64,000 nt of DNA from the human T2T-CHM13v2.0 reference genome, Homo sapiens (GCF_009914755.1 NC_060935.1), one strand, 5' to 3'; positions 12,576 to 32,353 are shown, numbered from the stretch's first letter. Translations and numbers: made by a program. The notes: a model not told the origin generated them from the letters alone.

Positions 12576-14211
12576 TAGAGACGTAACATTCCTGGCTTTG
12601 GCCATAGTGTCCTCTAAGACATGGCTTATCCTCATCTTCTGATTTTATCCACTTCTAGATACTTTGGAGGCTGACTCTTCCTACTTCCATTGAGAATCCT
12701 GGCACCCAACTCTGACACTGGCCTTCCTTGACTGTGCCCCTGCTAGGCTTGCTCTAACCTCCCCACAACCCTTCCCAAAGGAGAATTAAACAGGCTTTTT
12801 CTTCTCTCAAGTTAAATAAACCCCCTAATTAAAATGACTTTCATTGTGTCTTAAAAATGTATGTAAATCTAAGGAAGATTGGGGTTAACTATGTAGAAAT
12901 CTGTAGCATTTTATTTATGTTTCTTCTTGACTAAGGAATCAATGTTTAGGGACTTGAGTGATCATAAAATAAAAATGGGCACAGAAATCGTGACTAAGGA
13001 GGAGAAGGTTCCAGGAAGATGAACTTGTGTTTTCATATCAAGCCAAAAGACAGATGATTCAGAAGTCTTTTCCTCCATGTCATGGTGATGAATTTATTCC
13101 AGAAACGTCTAACTTATTCTAACAAGAGTCTAATGGCTACGAGAGAAACTAAGTGCTGATTACTGTTCTATTTTCTACAGTTGCAGTGCATGTCATGCTT
13201 TCTCCCCTTTACACTAATTGGATCCCAGGCCAATGTCTTTGTAATGGGAGTTAAGGGTGGTATTACTGCATCCCTGGTCAGACCAAGGGAATCCAGCTTT
13301 TCTTCTCTGTTTTGACTGTTGCACAGTTGCCTTGCCATTCCCAAAAATGAACAGGAGGTGATTAGCACTCTGGTGCCCTATTTAAGCTTTCTGGCTCTAA
13401 AGAGAAGCTATTTTGAAAAGTGAAAAGATTACACTCTGATAATAGACCAGAGGCCTTACACATGTGAATGGCTCACAGAGGATTAAAAGAGCAGACCCAG
13501 AATAAATGCAGCCTTTACCTGATGGAGCAAAGAGGGTGAATCGCCCGCACCCTTGACTGCAGGAGCTGTTTGAAGGAAGCACCTTACTCAGATTATTGAT
13601 GCCTCTGTGATCCAACGTAATGGTGGGAGGTTTAGGGGGGCAATGTCTGATCCAACTGTTGTCTTCTCAAGAAACCAATTAGACTGCTTCATAGTCTTCT
13701 GATGTCTCAGGGATCTTAGTTCCTAATTGGTAGACTCTTCCCTTCCAACTTTGATCTCTTTCTGAGTGTTCCTGCCTGGGAACATTTTCCCAAGGTCACC
13801 AATCATCTGAAGAAGTGTATGCATGAGGGAATTCACAATTGTTCCAACTTATTTTAAACACAAGATGATGCAAATTGGAATTTTGTTAATTTCAGGCCAA
13901 GACCCCTAGAAGTTGCACTAAGAGGGGCCCATTAGTGCACAAGGCCTTTAAGTCCTATAGGTCAGATTTAAAGAGGCCAAAGCTCTGGGAAGACTAGTTC
14001 ACTCAACTGTGATAATTCCAGTATGTTAATGTGTTCATGTACTAGGAAAAATTATATGTTCTGAGGAATCAATGTTTATTGTAAAATTGGTCTCAATTAT
14101 TTTCTGTCCAGGAAAGCTAACCTAGGAAACTAAGAAATTAAACAAATATATTCAATAACGTGATTATTATTAAACACATATTATGTGTCAAGAGCCTTCC
14201 CTTGACACATA

Positions 14212-17329
<3,118 letters not shown>

Positions 17330-17344
17330 TATTGTTCTAATAAC

Positions 17345-17550
17345 TTTTAAAACCTTTTTATTTTATACTAATTTTAGATTCACAGAAAAGTTATAAAGAT
17401 ACTATAGAGAGTTTCCATATACCCTTCACTCAGTTTCCCGTATGGTTAATATCTTATATTACTATGCTACATTTGTCACACCTAAGGAAGTAACCTTGGT
17501 AAATTATGATTGAACTACATACTTTATTCAGATTTTACCAGCTTTTCCCA
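17345..17550 (-). mobile_element. L1MC-type 3' end
   Basis: attttagattcacagaaaagttataaagat..catatacccttcactcagtttccc. Confidence 0.7.
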
Positions 17551-18090
17551 ATGTAGGGCTTTAGAATCATTTTCATATACAATACTAGTTAGTAATATCT
17601 GATTTAGCACTGTCTATGTCAGAATTTGATATCAGTGTTATGTTTACTTTGTAACCTTTCTTTATGTTCTGGAACCATTTCACAGGGATTGGAATTATTT
17701 ACCTACTGGTTTTGAAGAGCTGATCTGTGAAATTGTATAGTCTTAGTATTATTTGGGGGAAGGTATATTTACTGAGACAATGGGTAAGAGAGGAGCATCA
17801 GTGTACTAGCCAGGACTTTGGTCCCAAACCCCAATGCAGTCCTCACTTGAGCTATGCTGGGGCACTTGGAGAATTCTCACTTAGGACAGGTTGATCTGTA
17901 TGCCCTTGTATAATACAAGCTGAAATGCTACCTGAGCCTCTTTCCTGTAAGCTCACACATGAATCTTGGATTTTATATCTCTTTGATAAAGAAAGCCCAC
18001 CACAGAGCCTTCTAATTGCTGAAGAAATAAGAAAATAAAAACCAAGTCAGAATTTGATCTAATTCTTAGAGATCCCCATTTTAATCCTTT

Positions 18091-18215
18091 CAGGCTCAGG
18101 CCCACCCACAGAATTTTAGTCCAGTAGGTGTAAAGTGGGACCTAAGATTTTATATTTTGAACAGATCTTCAGATGATGCTTGTGTTCTAGGGACCACACT
18201 TTGAGAAGCATTTCT
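18091..18215 (+). mobile_element. MER5A (hAT-Charlie)
   Basis: ends gggaccacactttgagaagca. Confidence 0.7.
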
Positions 18216-18339
18216 CTAAGATATAGTTTGTGTAGAGAAAACCTGAATAAATGCTTGATCATTTCTATTTATTTCTCAGTTTTTGGAATAATTATTCAGT
18301 TCCTTAAAAACCTTGAAAGGTGACCAGTAATTTTTGTTC

Positions 18340-19320
18340 TAGTGACATTAAGAACTCAAGCATTTAAAAACAGATTTGATATGGTCCAATTACTTGTAGT
18401 TGTTCATTTTGTTTTTGGTCCTCAGATTGTCTCATGTTTGGACAATGGGAGCCCCTTCAAAGTTGACTCCTGTGTTCTTTTGGAATGACCTACCCCAACA
18501 ATCTTTGAAAGCTTCTCCACTTTTGGGTACCAACAAAATGCTTCATGCATATCTTATAAATTTTATACTACAAATTTGAATTCAGCCATTTCTTTAAGGC
18601 ATCTTGATTTCTTTTAATATGAGTTTGTATTGTATTTTGCTGTGTTTTCTAATTATAAAATCATATTCTCAATGCAGAAATGTGGAAATAGCATAATAGT
18701 GTGACAAAGCAAAAATTATCCTACAATTTTAAGGGAAATACAGGTAACATTTTAATATATGCTTTTCCAGATCTTTTGCAATGAAATTCTACATAATTGA
18801 AATAATGTTACATATAAATTAATATATTGCATTTTCGTTTCAAAAAAAATTCATAACAACTCTCATTTCATTCAAAACTTCACGAGCATTATTTTAACAG
18901 TAGCATCATGTCCCACTATATGGACTTCATATAATTTCCCTAACCATTCTCCAAATATTAGACATTTAACTTGTGCTTATAACTTATGCTTTAAAAGACT
19001 GCTGTGTATTTAAGTCTTTGATCTCATTATATGTATATTTATTTTAAAATCTAATCCAGAAGTAGAACTCATGGATCAAAGGATATGAAGATATTTAAAA
19101 CTCTGGAAACCTATTACTAAATTGCTATCCAGAAATAATTATACTGTACCCTTGCCAGCATTGAGCATTCTCATTTTAGAATAAAGTTTGCTACTATGAT
19201 GGGTGAAATATTACTATCATTGTTTTCATTTGAATTTGTATTCCAGATATATTAACACTTGATCTGTTATGTTACTGCAAATGTTCCCTGGTGTATCATT
19301 TGATTTTCAGTTTTTGATTT
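18340..19320 (-). mobile_element. old L1MC/ME fragments
   Basis: gggagccccttcaaagttgactcctgtgttcttt; agaagtagaactcatggatcaaaggatatg. Confidence 0.55.
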
Positions 19321-19712
19321 GTTTTTGATCCACAGAAACGTATTTCATCCGCCAGTATCTTCTTTTGAAACTTCTTTCAGTGCATTTATAATGTCTACGT
19401 TGATAACAGAAATAAAAGGCATATTTATATACAGTTTACGTAAATTAACTATAAAACTGAGTTTAGTAGAGCACATATGTTCCATAAAGAAAGAAATAAG
19501 AGCAAGAAAGAGATTAGCTAGTGTACTGCATGGCCATGTCAGTGGAGTCCCTGGCCTCACTGTAATCTGGATGTGGCAGAGCCCTTTTTTTTTTCAGCTC
19601 TGTTCATCTGTGAGGGGCAACCAAGTCTCTCATATCTGGCAGAGGTGATCTCTATCAGGATAGTCACTGCTGATAACCAGTTGTAATTTAACAATCCACC
19701 TCGGCTAAAACT

Positions 19713-20005
19713 TTTTTTTTTGAGACGGAGTCTCGCTCTGTCGCTCAGGCTGGAGTGCAGTGGCGCAATCTCGGCTCACTGCAAGCTCCTAGCCTCCCAG
19801 GTTCACGCCATTCTCCTGCCTCAGCCTCCCAAGTAGCTGGGACTACAGGCGCCCCCCACCACGCCCGGCTAAATTTTTGTATTCTTTAGTACAGACGGGG
19901 TTTCACCGTGTTAGCCAGGATGGTCTCGATCTCCTGACCTCACGATCCACCCGCCTCGGCCTCCCAAAGTGCTGGGATTACAGGCGTGAGCCACTGCGCC
20001 CGGCC
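19713..20005 (-). mobile_element. AluY
   Basis: caccgtgttagccaggatggtctcgatc, gttcacgccattctcc; perfect 16-bp TSD cacctcggctaaaact 19697-19712/20006-20021. Confidence 0.97.
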
Positions 20006-20231
20006 CACCTCGGCTAAAACTCTTAAAAACCAAAGTCCTTTGATGGAACCAGCAACGACAAAGCCTTCCTCTGGCAGCTCTGCCAGAGTCTCACTGTTTT
20101 TTATCAGAGCAAACAGGCAGAGCTATGATAATAGAAGGGAAGGATGAGGTCATCTCAATATAGGAGCATGGTGTGGGAGGAATAAGCTCAGGACTCATTC
20201 TAGAAGTCACTCTTTGCACAGAGTTAACTTT

Positions 20232-20864
20232 TAAAAATGTAAACCAAACTTGCCACTTCCTTGCTGAAATACTCAAATGGCTTAACATCCTGTTCATAAT
20301 AAAATCAAATCTCCCCATACTAGCCTACAATGCCCTACAAGGTCTGACTCTCTCCAGTCCCTTCTCTTAGCATTCTTCCCTTTGCCCTCCAGCCAGGAGA
20401 CTTTCTGTATGTGGAACAGGAAAGTTCCTTCCCACCTTAGGGCCTCTGCAATTACTATTCCCTTTGCCTGCATTGTATTTCCTCTGACTCCTTAGTTTCC
20501 ATGGCACATCCCCAGAGAGGCCTTTTTCAGACACCCAAGTTAAAGTAGTTCCCACTCTTATCACTCTGATATTTTCAAATTACCATTTTTAAAGTTTTTT
20601 TTTATCTATCTACCTATCTTTATATCATCTCTCTCATCTAAACTAGCTACTAATATATTGTCTAATATGGTGGGGGTGGGAAGAGAATGGTGAAAGATGA
20701 ATGAATAATTAAATGACTGGCTAGTTATGAATTCATTCACTAGTATTTCTCCCAGAATTAGCCTGCAAGTTCCATGGGAGTGGGGATTTTGAATGGATTC
20801 TCAGCTCCTGGAATGATGTCTAGTGCATAGTAGTCATCCAATAAGTGTTTATTGAATGAATGAA
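20232..20864 (+). mobile_element. L2 3' region
   Basis: ccaccttagggcctctgca and terminal aataagtgtttattgaatgaatgaa. Confidence 0.75.
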
Positions 20865-21019
20865 AAGGTTGAGATGAATAATTTAAAAAATAAAGCAGAT
20901 GTGTTCATGTATTTTTCTTAAGAGCATGAAGTGCATCTCACCTATTACACATAAATAGTTAAAATGTTTTAGTGTTTTCCAGGAGAAAACAAATATGCAA
21001 AATGCTTTCCAGTGTCTCC

Positions 21020-21110
21020 TTTAATACTTACAACCTTCTGAGTTACATGCTATATTAGTTCCATTTTATAGATGGAGAAACTGAGGCTCAAAGAGATGAA
21101 GTAACTGCTA
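21020..21110 (-). mobile_element. MIR core
   Basis: ccattttatagatggagaaactgaggctcaaagagatgaagtaact. Confidence 0.8.
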
Positions 21111-22054
21111 TTTAAATCAGAGAGTAGGATCTGTGATCATTTGATGCTATCTAGTGAACTGTTCATGTGGTTTTATCTTATTAAAAGTGTGCTTATTGTA
21201 GTTACACCTTTTCTAAGTAAGATTTTATACATCTTAGAACAGCAGTTAACAACAAATGGTAAAAAGCATCCTTTCTTGCTTCTTTCTTGTTCAGGGGGTA
21301 GTGCTAGCTTTTGGTAGAAACAGTTATCTACAAATGACCAGGTTATAAATTATCAAATATGGGAACAAGGCTTTATCTGCTCCAGAATATATATAGATAA
21401 TAATATAGAATGCCTCTTCAGCTTGTGGGAAAGGAATAAATGAAGGAGTGACATAATCTGTTATTAAAGAATATGTAAGAGACTCAGTAGCAAACTAATG
21501 TGTCTTTCTCTTATGTAGGAAAAACACTCTGCAGTTTCCTTTGGGAAATCCAGACCCCTTTTGGAGGCAGAAGTTTGCCTCTCTTAACTTCATGGGGTGC
21601 CCCACTCCCAGGAGCAGCCTGCTTTGGAAGGTGGCCTCCACTTCCAGCTTTAAGTAGGTCTGGCTTTGTCTCTTTGTTGGCTCCATGACAGACAGATGGA
21701 GCTTGATTCTAAACCGACCTGCTGGGCTTGGGTATGAGGCTTTCAGACATGAAATCTTGATTAACAGCAAATGTTAATTGAAGCAGTGAATTATTAAAGT
21801 GTTTTTCCATAAATGATAAATGCTGTTGTTGGCTGTTTTACCCTTCGTGACATCATAAAACTTTCCAAGAAATTGCTAGCTGTGACCAAGAAAAACAGGA
21901 AGAGATGGCAGCATTTGATGGTGTTCACAGTGATCTGCTTATGCTCTGTGGCCAGGCCCAGCTGGGGATGACACATCTTTTTTTTTTTCTGGAATCCCAC
22001 ATCATCTCAATGAAACCAACAAATCATCTTTCCCTCAAATGCAGAACTCTCTGC

Positions 22055-22490
22055 AAGTGATCTCATCCAGCCTCCTAGCTTCAGCTTGTACCAATAGCTG
22101 ATGACTCTCAATCTTTACCTCAAACCCAGATTTTCTCCTGAGCTCCAGACTTACAAATACTACAATTATTATTGAGCAACTTCACCTGATGTCTAATAGG
22201 ACCTCAAACTCATATTCATTCATCTAACAAATGTTTATCAAGTACGTGTCTTATGTTCTCAGGGTCACTTTATTCTAGGTACCAGGGAAACAATAATGAA
22301 CAAAATAGCTGTAGCTCCTTATGGAACTTACATTCTAGTGGTGACAGGAGGAGAAAAAATAAAGCAGAGAAAGAGGATCAGGGAGTGCTGAGCATTGGTG
22401 GTGGTTGTGGTGGTGGCAGTGGTAGGGGTTTGTATAGGGTGCTCAGAGAATATCTTGTTAGATGACATTTGAGCAGAGACTTAGAAGAAA
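22055..22490. mobile_element. L2 fragments (plus to ~22213, then an L2 3' end on minus)
   Basis: tcctgagctccagact; attcattcatctaacaaatgtttatcaag. Confidence 0.65.
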
Positions 22491-22854
22491 TTCTAGATAG
22501 ATCTATGTTTTTAACATAAAAAGTAAAATTATGAAATATACCACAAATAGATTCTCTGTCTTTCTCTTCAATTTCCCCCTTTTCCTGCATTTGAAATCTT
22601 GGGGAATGTGTTGTGCAGTCATTAGAGTCACATGCATGAGGTCATCTTCCTCCCCCATTCTGATATTTGTAAGGGAAGGTATCCTGTCACCCATCCTGAA
22701 TTCCTGCCAGCCCCAAGCAGGAACTTATGCCCTCACAGAGGTATCAGATAGGGCCTTCTGCCTCTTGTCCATCTTTCGTTGGCTTGCTCCCACGGGAGAA
22801 GAAGTGATGGATCTAATAGACCAGATGGAGAAAATAATCTACTAGTCTAGTTTC

Positions 22855-23018
22855 TCAGCACTTGTCAAACTGTAATGTGTATAAGAGTCAGCTGGAGGAT
22901 CTTCAAGTGCAGACTCTGACCCAGTGGGTCTTGTCTGGGGTCTAAGATTCTGCATTTTGATTAAGCTCCCAGATAATGCTGAGGTGGCCACTCTGTGGAT
23001 CATACTCTCAGTAACAAG
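22855..23018 (+). mobile_element. MER5A1-like DNA transposon
   Basis: gattctgcattttgattaagctcccagataatgctga..tcagtaacaag. Confidence 0.7.
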
Positions 23019-24022
23019 ACTCAATGGGGGTGCGAGTCGACTTCAGTTCTCCATGCTAAGTGCTTTCTCAGAAGCTCCAACTCTCCTCACCTGTAGGGCC
23101 CAACATATGAGCTACGGAGCAAGTGTTAGGGAGTGCATTTTTATAGCAAATCCAAGCCAGAGACACCAATCCAGATTTATCAGATTGAAGCTGATATTTT
23201 GATTTCTATTTGACACTTGTCTGATCCCCAGTTGGTCTAGAAGTCAGGAGAGAGAGGCTTGGTATTATCATTTCTATTTTACAGATGGTGGCTTAATGGC
23301 AAGCTGAACAACTGGTCTAAAGCCAATTGGGAGAAAGTGCAGACTGGGATTTGAAGCAGATCAGTCTGGCCCTTTTACCTGTTGTTTTATACTGTCTCCA
23401 GTTAAAATATCCTGTCCCACATAATCTGTCCTCCCCACAATACGATCCTGTCTTTCTTTGTATACTGTAGTCACTATATCCTGCTTCATATCCTCAACAC
23501 CTGTCCTAGCTTCCTTGTCCCTTTTTACTACTTGGCCACCTTCTCATCTATCAACATGAAATCAAGGTCTGTTGCCTTTATGAAGCTTTTCTTCAATGCT
23601 TCAGCATGAACTAGGCCTTTCCTATGTGGCTCCTGGTTTACTGTGTGCAGAATTTCGTATGTTCTTTTGCCATAATTATTGTATTTATTTGTTACTTGAC
23701 AATTTCCTCTTTCTATCTTTTGAAAGATAGGAATCATGCCTGATTTATCTTTTCTCCCCAGCACTCTGCTCAGGGTGTGTATGTTATTAAGTGCTAAATA
23801 TATACTGAATGAATACTTAATACTTAGGTTGGAACTTAGTGGCTTAATATTTCTGTGCTCAATCTTCCTTTTTCTGTCTCCTTTTCACTCCTGTGAAGTT
23901 TGTTTGAAGTGCCTGTTTCCTTCTCCACTGTATGAGCAGAAATAGAGAGAGCAGGATCAACATATTATTATGTTAGAAACCCACTCATCACGTGATGAGG
24001 AACTTGCACAAACTTGTGGTAA

Positions 24023-24327
<305 letters not shown>

Positions 24328-25359
24328 ATAATAAAATATTTTTATATCCTGAGAAGTGCGTAATCAAACATTTAACTCAAAGGTAAGAAGAACCAGCTTT
24401 TTTTTTTTTTTATTAATTAGTGTATGGTCTTAAGCTAGTTACCTAAATTATCTGAGCTTTACTTTTCTTATCTGTAAATTGGTGGCTTGGACATCTATAT
24501 CACAGTATTATCAAAAGATTAGATAAAACAATACATCTTGAAGAGCAGCAGGGCTCCAAAACTGCCAGTCTCCTTGCTTGCTCTTATTCATTCAGCTACC
24601 GTGATCTTTAGGCTCTCATCATACTTGCCTCTTTTTTACTTTCTGTCTCTCCCATTTCCATACATTTTACATCTGCTCCCATGTTTCACTCTCCACATGT
24701 AATATTCATCCCAATGCTCTTCTGCTCTAAAATCCTATCACCAAGAAGATAAAATCCAAAGAGCCTTATACCAAGCTTCTCCTGTAATCTTCCCGCATAT
24801 CCTGACACCAGTTCCTGCTCTGGGCAAAGTGGGCAGCCACTCTTTTTGAAAATAAAAATTTTTTTTTTGTCCCTGGGATATTTCTCACATGTTCCATCTA
24901 CTAATGGAATGACCGGCTAGTTATGAATTCATATGCCCAATTATTTAAGAATCCAAATCCCCTCCTCAAAACATAATGCAAGTCTTAATGCAAATACCAG
25001 ATTCAACGTGTGCTTGCTTATCTGACCTGTGTGTCCCATTTATATAGTAATTAGTTTTTGCATTTTCCTGTTGGAATAGTACTTTTTCTGTTGTTTGAAA
25101 ACACCCTTTAAATTTTGTCTCACCATTTTTTTCTCTCCTACCGGATGGCACCAGGCACTATGGGTTACTCAAGAACAGGGACTATGTCTTGTATTCCACA
25201 TAGATTTGTATTCTGATCACTGCCTAACATGCAACTGATATTTATTCACTCCATATTGAGCAGTTTACACTGTGCCAGTCACTCAGTACATTAAAATCAG
25301 TATCAAGAGGAGGCTCATGAAGATTCCTCAATCTAGTTATGGAGATAGACAATACACAG

Positions 25360-25790
25360 GTGGAATGCACTGAATTAGTGGATAAAAATGGCCATGGATT
25401 CTTTGCAACTGTTTTCATCGAAAGGTGAAGTCTATTCTCTTGTCTCTTGAAGCTGGCTGCTCTTGTGATGTGATTTTTCAATGGAATGTAGCAGAAGCCA
25501 CATTGTATAACTGTTTGCAGCATCTTCTCTCATCCCTTGGGACACTTCAACCATGAAAACAAGTCAACGCCAGCCTCGCTGAAGATGATAGACCATATGG
25601 AGTGGGGGCAGCCCAGCCTTCCCAGCTATCTCTCTCTAGATGAGTAAACCCAGCCAACCATGTGGAGCAGAGATTCTGAATTCAACCCAAATTACCGACC
25701 CACTGAATGATGAGAAATAAATGATCATTATTTTGAGTGACTGATGTTTGGGAATGGTTTTTGGTACAGTGCACTAAGTGATGTGATACA
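25360..25790 (+). mobile_element. MLT1G/H-type MaLR LTR within L2 remnants
   Basis: aaaatggccatggattctttgcaac..agaaataaatgatcattattt..gataca. Confidence 0.65.
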
Positions 25791-26497
25791 TTAATATAAT
25801 AAAACCCAGCCTACTGGGGCAGAGGCCAGCTAGGGAAAATCTCTAGAGATGATATTTTACCTTAATATTTTATGAGTAGAAGTTTCCAGAATGAATAGCT
25901 AAAGGGGGAACACATAGTAGGTACTTAACAAAATTGTGTTGCTTTGGTTATCAAAAATATTCTAAATAAAATTTAAGAAGAAATACAATTATGTCATCAT
26001 CTCATTCCTACCCACAATCAGACATTTAACAAAGATGTAAGTTACTGGACCAGTGAATGGAGACAAAAAAATATTATAAGATGAGTTACTACTGTGAAGC
26101 AGCTAACACTTTAAGTGAAATACAGCGCACATAGGCAAAAACAAGATACCAATTCAAGGCATATGTAATAAGTGGAATAGGCAGTGGACTAGCAGGTGGG
26201 CAGAGGGAGGAATATTAAAGAACCAGGTCCCTTAAGAGAGCTTCATAGAAGAGGCAGTATAGGGACAAGATTGTAAAGTATAGAGAGTGCATAAAACAGA
26301 GAAAACTGAGTTTGAAATAGGAAGAAATAGGACATTATTCACAAAGGAAAATGTCAAGAGCAAAACACGGAGGCAAGCCTATGGCTCATCTGGATCAGGA
26401 GCAGACACTTGGAAGTGCAAGTGTAAGGGGATGGTTTTGTAAAGGTAGTTAAGGACCTTATAGTAATTGGTCTTGAATGCCATAGTAAGAAAATGTT

Positions 26498-26817
<320 letters not shown>

Positions 26818-27407
26818 TTATTTTGAGTAAATGGGAGCCATTAAAGACTTTTTAATGTGGTGAAAAACCAACCTCAAAGTCTTCCTGGTGGCAGCAACAC
26901 TGAGACTTTTCTCCTGAAGCCCAGAGGCTACTTTCCAAATATCCAGTCTGCTTTTTTCCTAAATTTTTGTGATCAAATTTGGTTTAGGAAAGTATTAGGA
27001 AATTCCCCATATATGTGGATCTGGAGTTTGGGCATATTCCAATACAGAAAGTGGTATGCTAGCGTACCTACTTGTCATTTGAGAAATGGCTGAATTTGGT
27101 ATAATAGATCTTGCTTTTCCAGTCCATATCTGGCTTTTCAGGCTCACCCGCTGGCTCTTCAGTATACATGGAGCATGTCAAGTCAATAATGAGCCCAACA
27201 GTGCCCCATATTCTCCTATAAACTTGGTGGCAATATAAATAGGAGATGGTAAAGAACTATTCTTCATTCTACAAATATCTCTTGATGTCATGTCTGGGCT
27301 AAGTATTTGGGATTAGAAAAGTCATATAAGACACTGTTGCACCCCTTTTTGACCCACTAGTGAAAGCAAATACATCAAAATATATCATGCAAGATACCAT
27401 AATGAGT

Positions 27408-27915
27408 GATATGGATTGGCTCGCTCAGCTTCAGTTTTCTTCTTCCTGCTGAGCCTTGCTGTTTGCAAAGGCTGAAAAGTTAAAGCCTTAATTTCCTAGA
27501 TTCCTTTTCAGCTAGGGTTCTGGTTATAAATTTGGTTCCACCAATTGAATGAATCCACACATGATTTGAAAGGACAAATTTCTTTCCCTTTGATAATTTT
27601 TTGTTGGCAAGCGAGGTCCTGGGGACTGCAGTTTTCTGCTGCAACATCTAGAGGCTCATCTACCAACTTTATGACTGTCAAGAGGCAATTTCAGCTGTTG
27701 TGTCAGCAACGTTCCAACTCTGACTTTCTGATAGGGTCGTGGTTAGGATGTGTGCTCTTGTACTAAGCTCAGTTCTGTAGTGTTCTGAGTCATTTCAAGA
27801 GACCCAGGCTAGAAACCTTATAACAGTTTTATAAACATCTAATTCCCTGTATTAAATTTTCTGCCCAAATTACTAAGAGTGGTTTCTGTTTTCTGCACTG
27901 AGCATTTACAGATTG
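27408..27915 (+). mobile_element. LTR33-like ERVL LTR
   Basis: tttcctagattccttttcagctagggttctgg; ctaattccctgtattaaa..agagtggtttctgttttctgcactg. Confidence 0.65.
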
Positions 27916-28949
27916 TATAAAAGGTGTATAAACAAAATAATGAGAGTTTAGCCAAGTGTGTGACTAATTCTGCTTGGGGGAGTTGGAGAAGTTTCCATGT
28001 AGGAAATGATAATATCATGTATCTTTAAAGATGAGTAGTAATTATTATTCAACAGTCAGCTAAGGATGGAAAGGGCAGTCTAGGCATTGAAAACATCTGG
28101 TGTAGAAGCACAGAGGTGTTTAAGAGAATAGTGTTAGAGAATGATAAATAGACTATTGAATTTCCACTGACATTTCCAGGCCATTTTTAGTACTTTATTT
28201 TAACAATAGAGTTTTACCTCAGTGTTTCTGCATAAAGCGTCAATTCATTATTCTTTATTTTGCTTTTCATATCATAAGTAGCATGTACCTATATTTATAT
28301 ACATATACATCTATATTAGATATATGAGTATAATTAACATATATCTTTCCCACGTTCAGTCACCAGCACAGTAGAGAGATGTCAGGGAGTAGTATACTAG
28401 AGTGGTTAGAATATGGGCTTGAGAGTCAGACTGATGTTACTTTCTGCCATTATTAACTTGTTTTTGTGAATGATTTCAACACTTTCTGGTTATTAAAAAA
28501 TATGCCAAGGGAGTTCTTGTAGTGCCACAAAATTTCCAAGGAAAATTTTTATGCCAATTTTAAAATGTAAAGTTGACAGTGGTTCAAGGCATTTAATGTA
28601 ATGGACAAGACAACAGAAGGTAAATATCAGTAGAAATTGGTGGAAATCTTTTGACATTTCCAAGAAAATGTTCCTTGCACTAAGTATAGGCTATGCCTAT
28701 CCTTTCATTTAAAATTTATACTATTTACACTTCCCTCTTCTCATCCCTGTACATCTCCTACATTCCATGAGATCTTTTGGATCTGACGTTTTGTTGTCTA
28801 TTTTCTTGGAAGTGATAGTGTTCACTCAGTAAGCTTCAGAGTTGTTTGTAGCAGAGTCTCTATGTCACTGTCCATAGTGCCATTCAGGTGTGCCAAACAG
28901 TTATTAGTCTGCAGTAATGTTTACAATACCCTTTAAAATGTCAAATCAT

Positions 28950-30760
28950 TGGTTGCCAGAGGTTCAGGGAAGAGGACCATTGAATAAATGAAAGACAGGG
29001 ATTTTTTTAGAGTGGTTAAACTATTTTATAATATATAATACTGTAATGGTGGATACATGACACTACGTATTTATCAAAACCTATAGAACATTAGAAAAGT
29101 AGAGTGAACTTTAGTGTTTGCAAATTTTAAAAGTCATTTAGAAGGTCAGGGATTTCAATGCAGACAGTGGCAGAAGAATCTAATTGTATTACAATTATGT
29201 TGTATGAAACCGTCTTACTGAAGGGAGCGGGAAAGTGGCAGAAAAAGATGCTGACAAATAATTTTGAAAATGAATGAAGTCTCTAATAATAAAGACAAAG
29301 GAATATAAGCATCATCCTCTCATTGATAATTTGATGCCCATGGGGATATGGATTAATAATTCTGAAACCACTATATGTGTAAACCGAAATGGAACAATTA
29401 AGTACATGGATGGCAGATGGTGTGAGCCAGGTTTCTCACTGCTGGAAGTTAGACAAGCAAGGGGAGTAAGCTAGAATTGTCCATGTGGTAATGGATTTGA
29501 GTCACAGATATCAGTATGAATGCATGTTTAGCTTAATATACATACAGATGATTATATACAGAAATAATTATATATTATATATAGGATTACATCTAGAATA
29601 TACATTTATATAAATATTATAAAGAAATAATTATAGACATGTGTATATATAAGTTAGTATACACACATGTATTTCCTTACTCTGTCATCTGAAAGGTCCT
29701 AGAAGCAACAACACCCTAATAGCAATGAGCATACTTAGCACCCAGATCTTACTTTCCAATACCATTCTCCAACAAGAGGAACTATGGATTCTTAGAAAAA
29801 TGAATGTTTCTGGGACTGGGGTTGGAAATAGTCAATATGAACTGGGAGGATCTTATGCCAGAAAGGAAGTGCCCAAATACACATGCACACATACACAGAC
29901 ACATGCACACATCAAAAGAACAGAGAAGCCAGCTGAGCAATAAAATAAATAAAATAGTATTGGATTATAAGCCAAAGTATAAAATAAATATTCATGAGTC
30001 CGCACTAATATGAATATAAATAAGTAACTGAATATGTAACTAAACGATGGAGGAGAGACAAACCTCCCATGATGAAGAATTCCAAATAATTCATTTAGAC
30101 ATCTGCCCTTAAGAAGGTAGAGCATAACTCACCACCCCACTAGTGTGGGCTCCATCTATGACTTCCTCCAAAACAGCATAGCATGGAAAGCGGGAAAAGA
30201 AAATAACTTTCAGTGGAGAAACCCGACAAACACTACCTCATCTAAGTGATCAACAGCAGCACTGATAAATCACGTTGATAGTATGCACCTCTGAAATGAT
30301 GTGATAGGGATGCCGCTTTTCCTTCCTGATCTGCTTCCCAGAAATCCATAGCCCTAGTCAAATTGTCAGAAAAATATCAGACACATTCTCACTGAGGGAC
30401 AGTCTACAGAATACGTGACCAGTACTCTTCAAAACTGTCAAGGGTCATCAAAAACAAGCAAGATCTGAGAAACTGTCACAGCCGAGAGGAGCCTCAAGAG
30501 ACCTATAACTGAGTTTAGTGTGGTATTCCAGATGTGTTCCTGAGACAGAAAAATGACATGAAGTTAAAAACGAGGGAAATCTGGATAAATTATGGACTTT
30601 AGTTAATAATGTATCAATTTTTTAAATTAATTGTGACAAATGTATCATATTAATGTAAGTTGTTAATTATAGCGGAAACTGGGTGTGGAGATATATGGGA
30701 ACTCTGTACTATCTTCACAAATTTAATAACTATTTTAAAATAAAAATTTTATTTAAAAAG
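28950..30760 (+). mobile_element. L1MC3/L1MD-type long 3'UTR
   Basis: ggttgccagaggtt..ctgtaatggtggatacatgac; cagtggagaaacccgacaaacactacc; ggaactctgtactatcttc..aaataaaaa. Confidence 0.75.
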
Positions 30761-30819
30761 TAAACACACACATCCATACACATACATTCGTGTGCACACA
30801 CACATAGGCACAGTCAAAA

Positions 30820-32250
<1,431 letters not shown>

Positions 32251-32260
32251 AAATTTTAAA

Positions 32261-32346
32261 TATAGATATATACATAAATACATATATAGATATATATATA
32301 CACACACATATATATACACACACATGTATATACACACACATACATA
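32261..32346. repeat. (TA)n/(CA)n low-complexity tract
   Basis: direct reading. Confidence 0.9.
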
Positions 32347-32353
32347 CCTGTGG

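Noticed and set aside
12934-14078. Repeated 15-mer aggaatcaatgttta
   Set aside because: Matches of this length are expected by chance in 64 kb of AT-rich DNA
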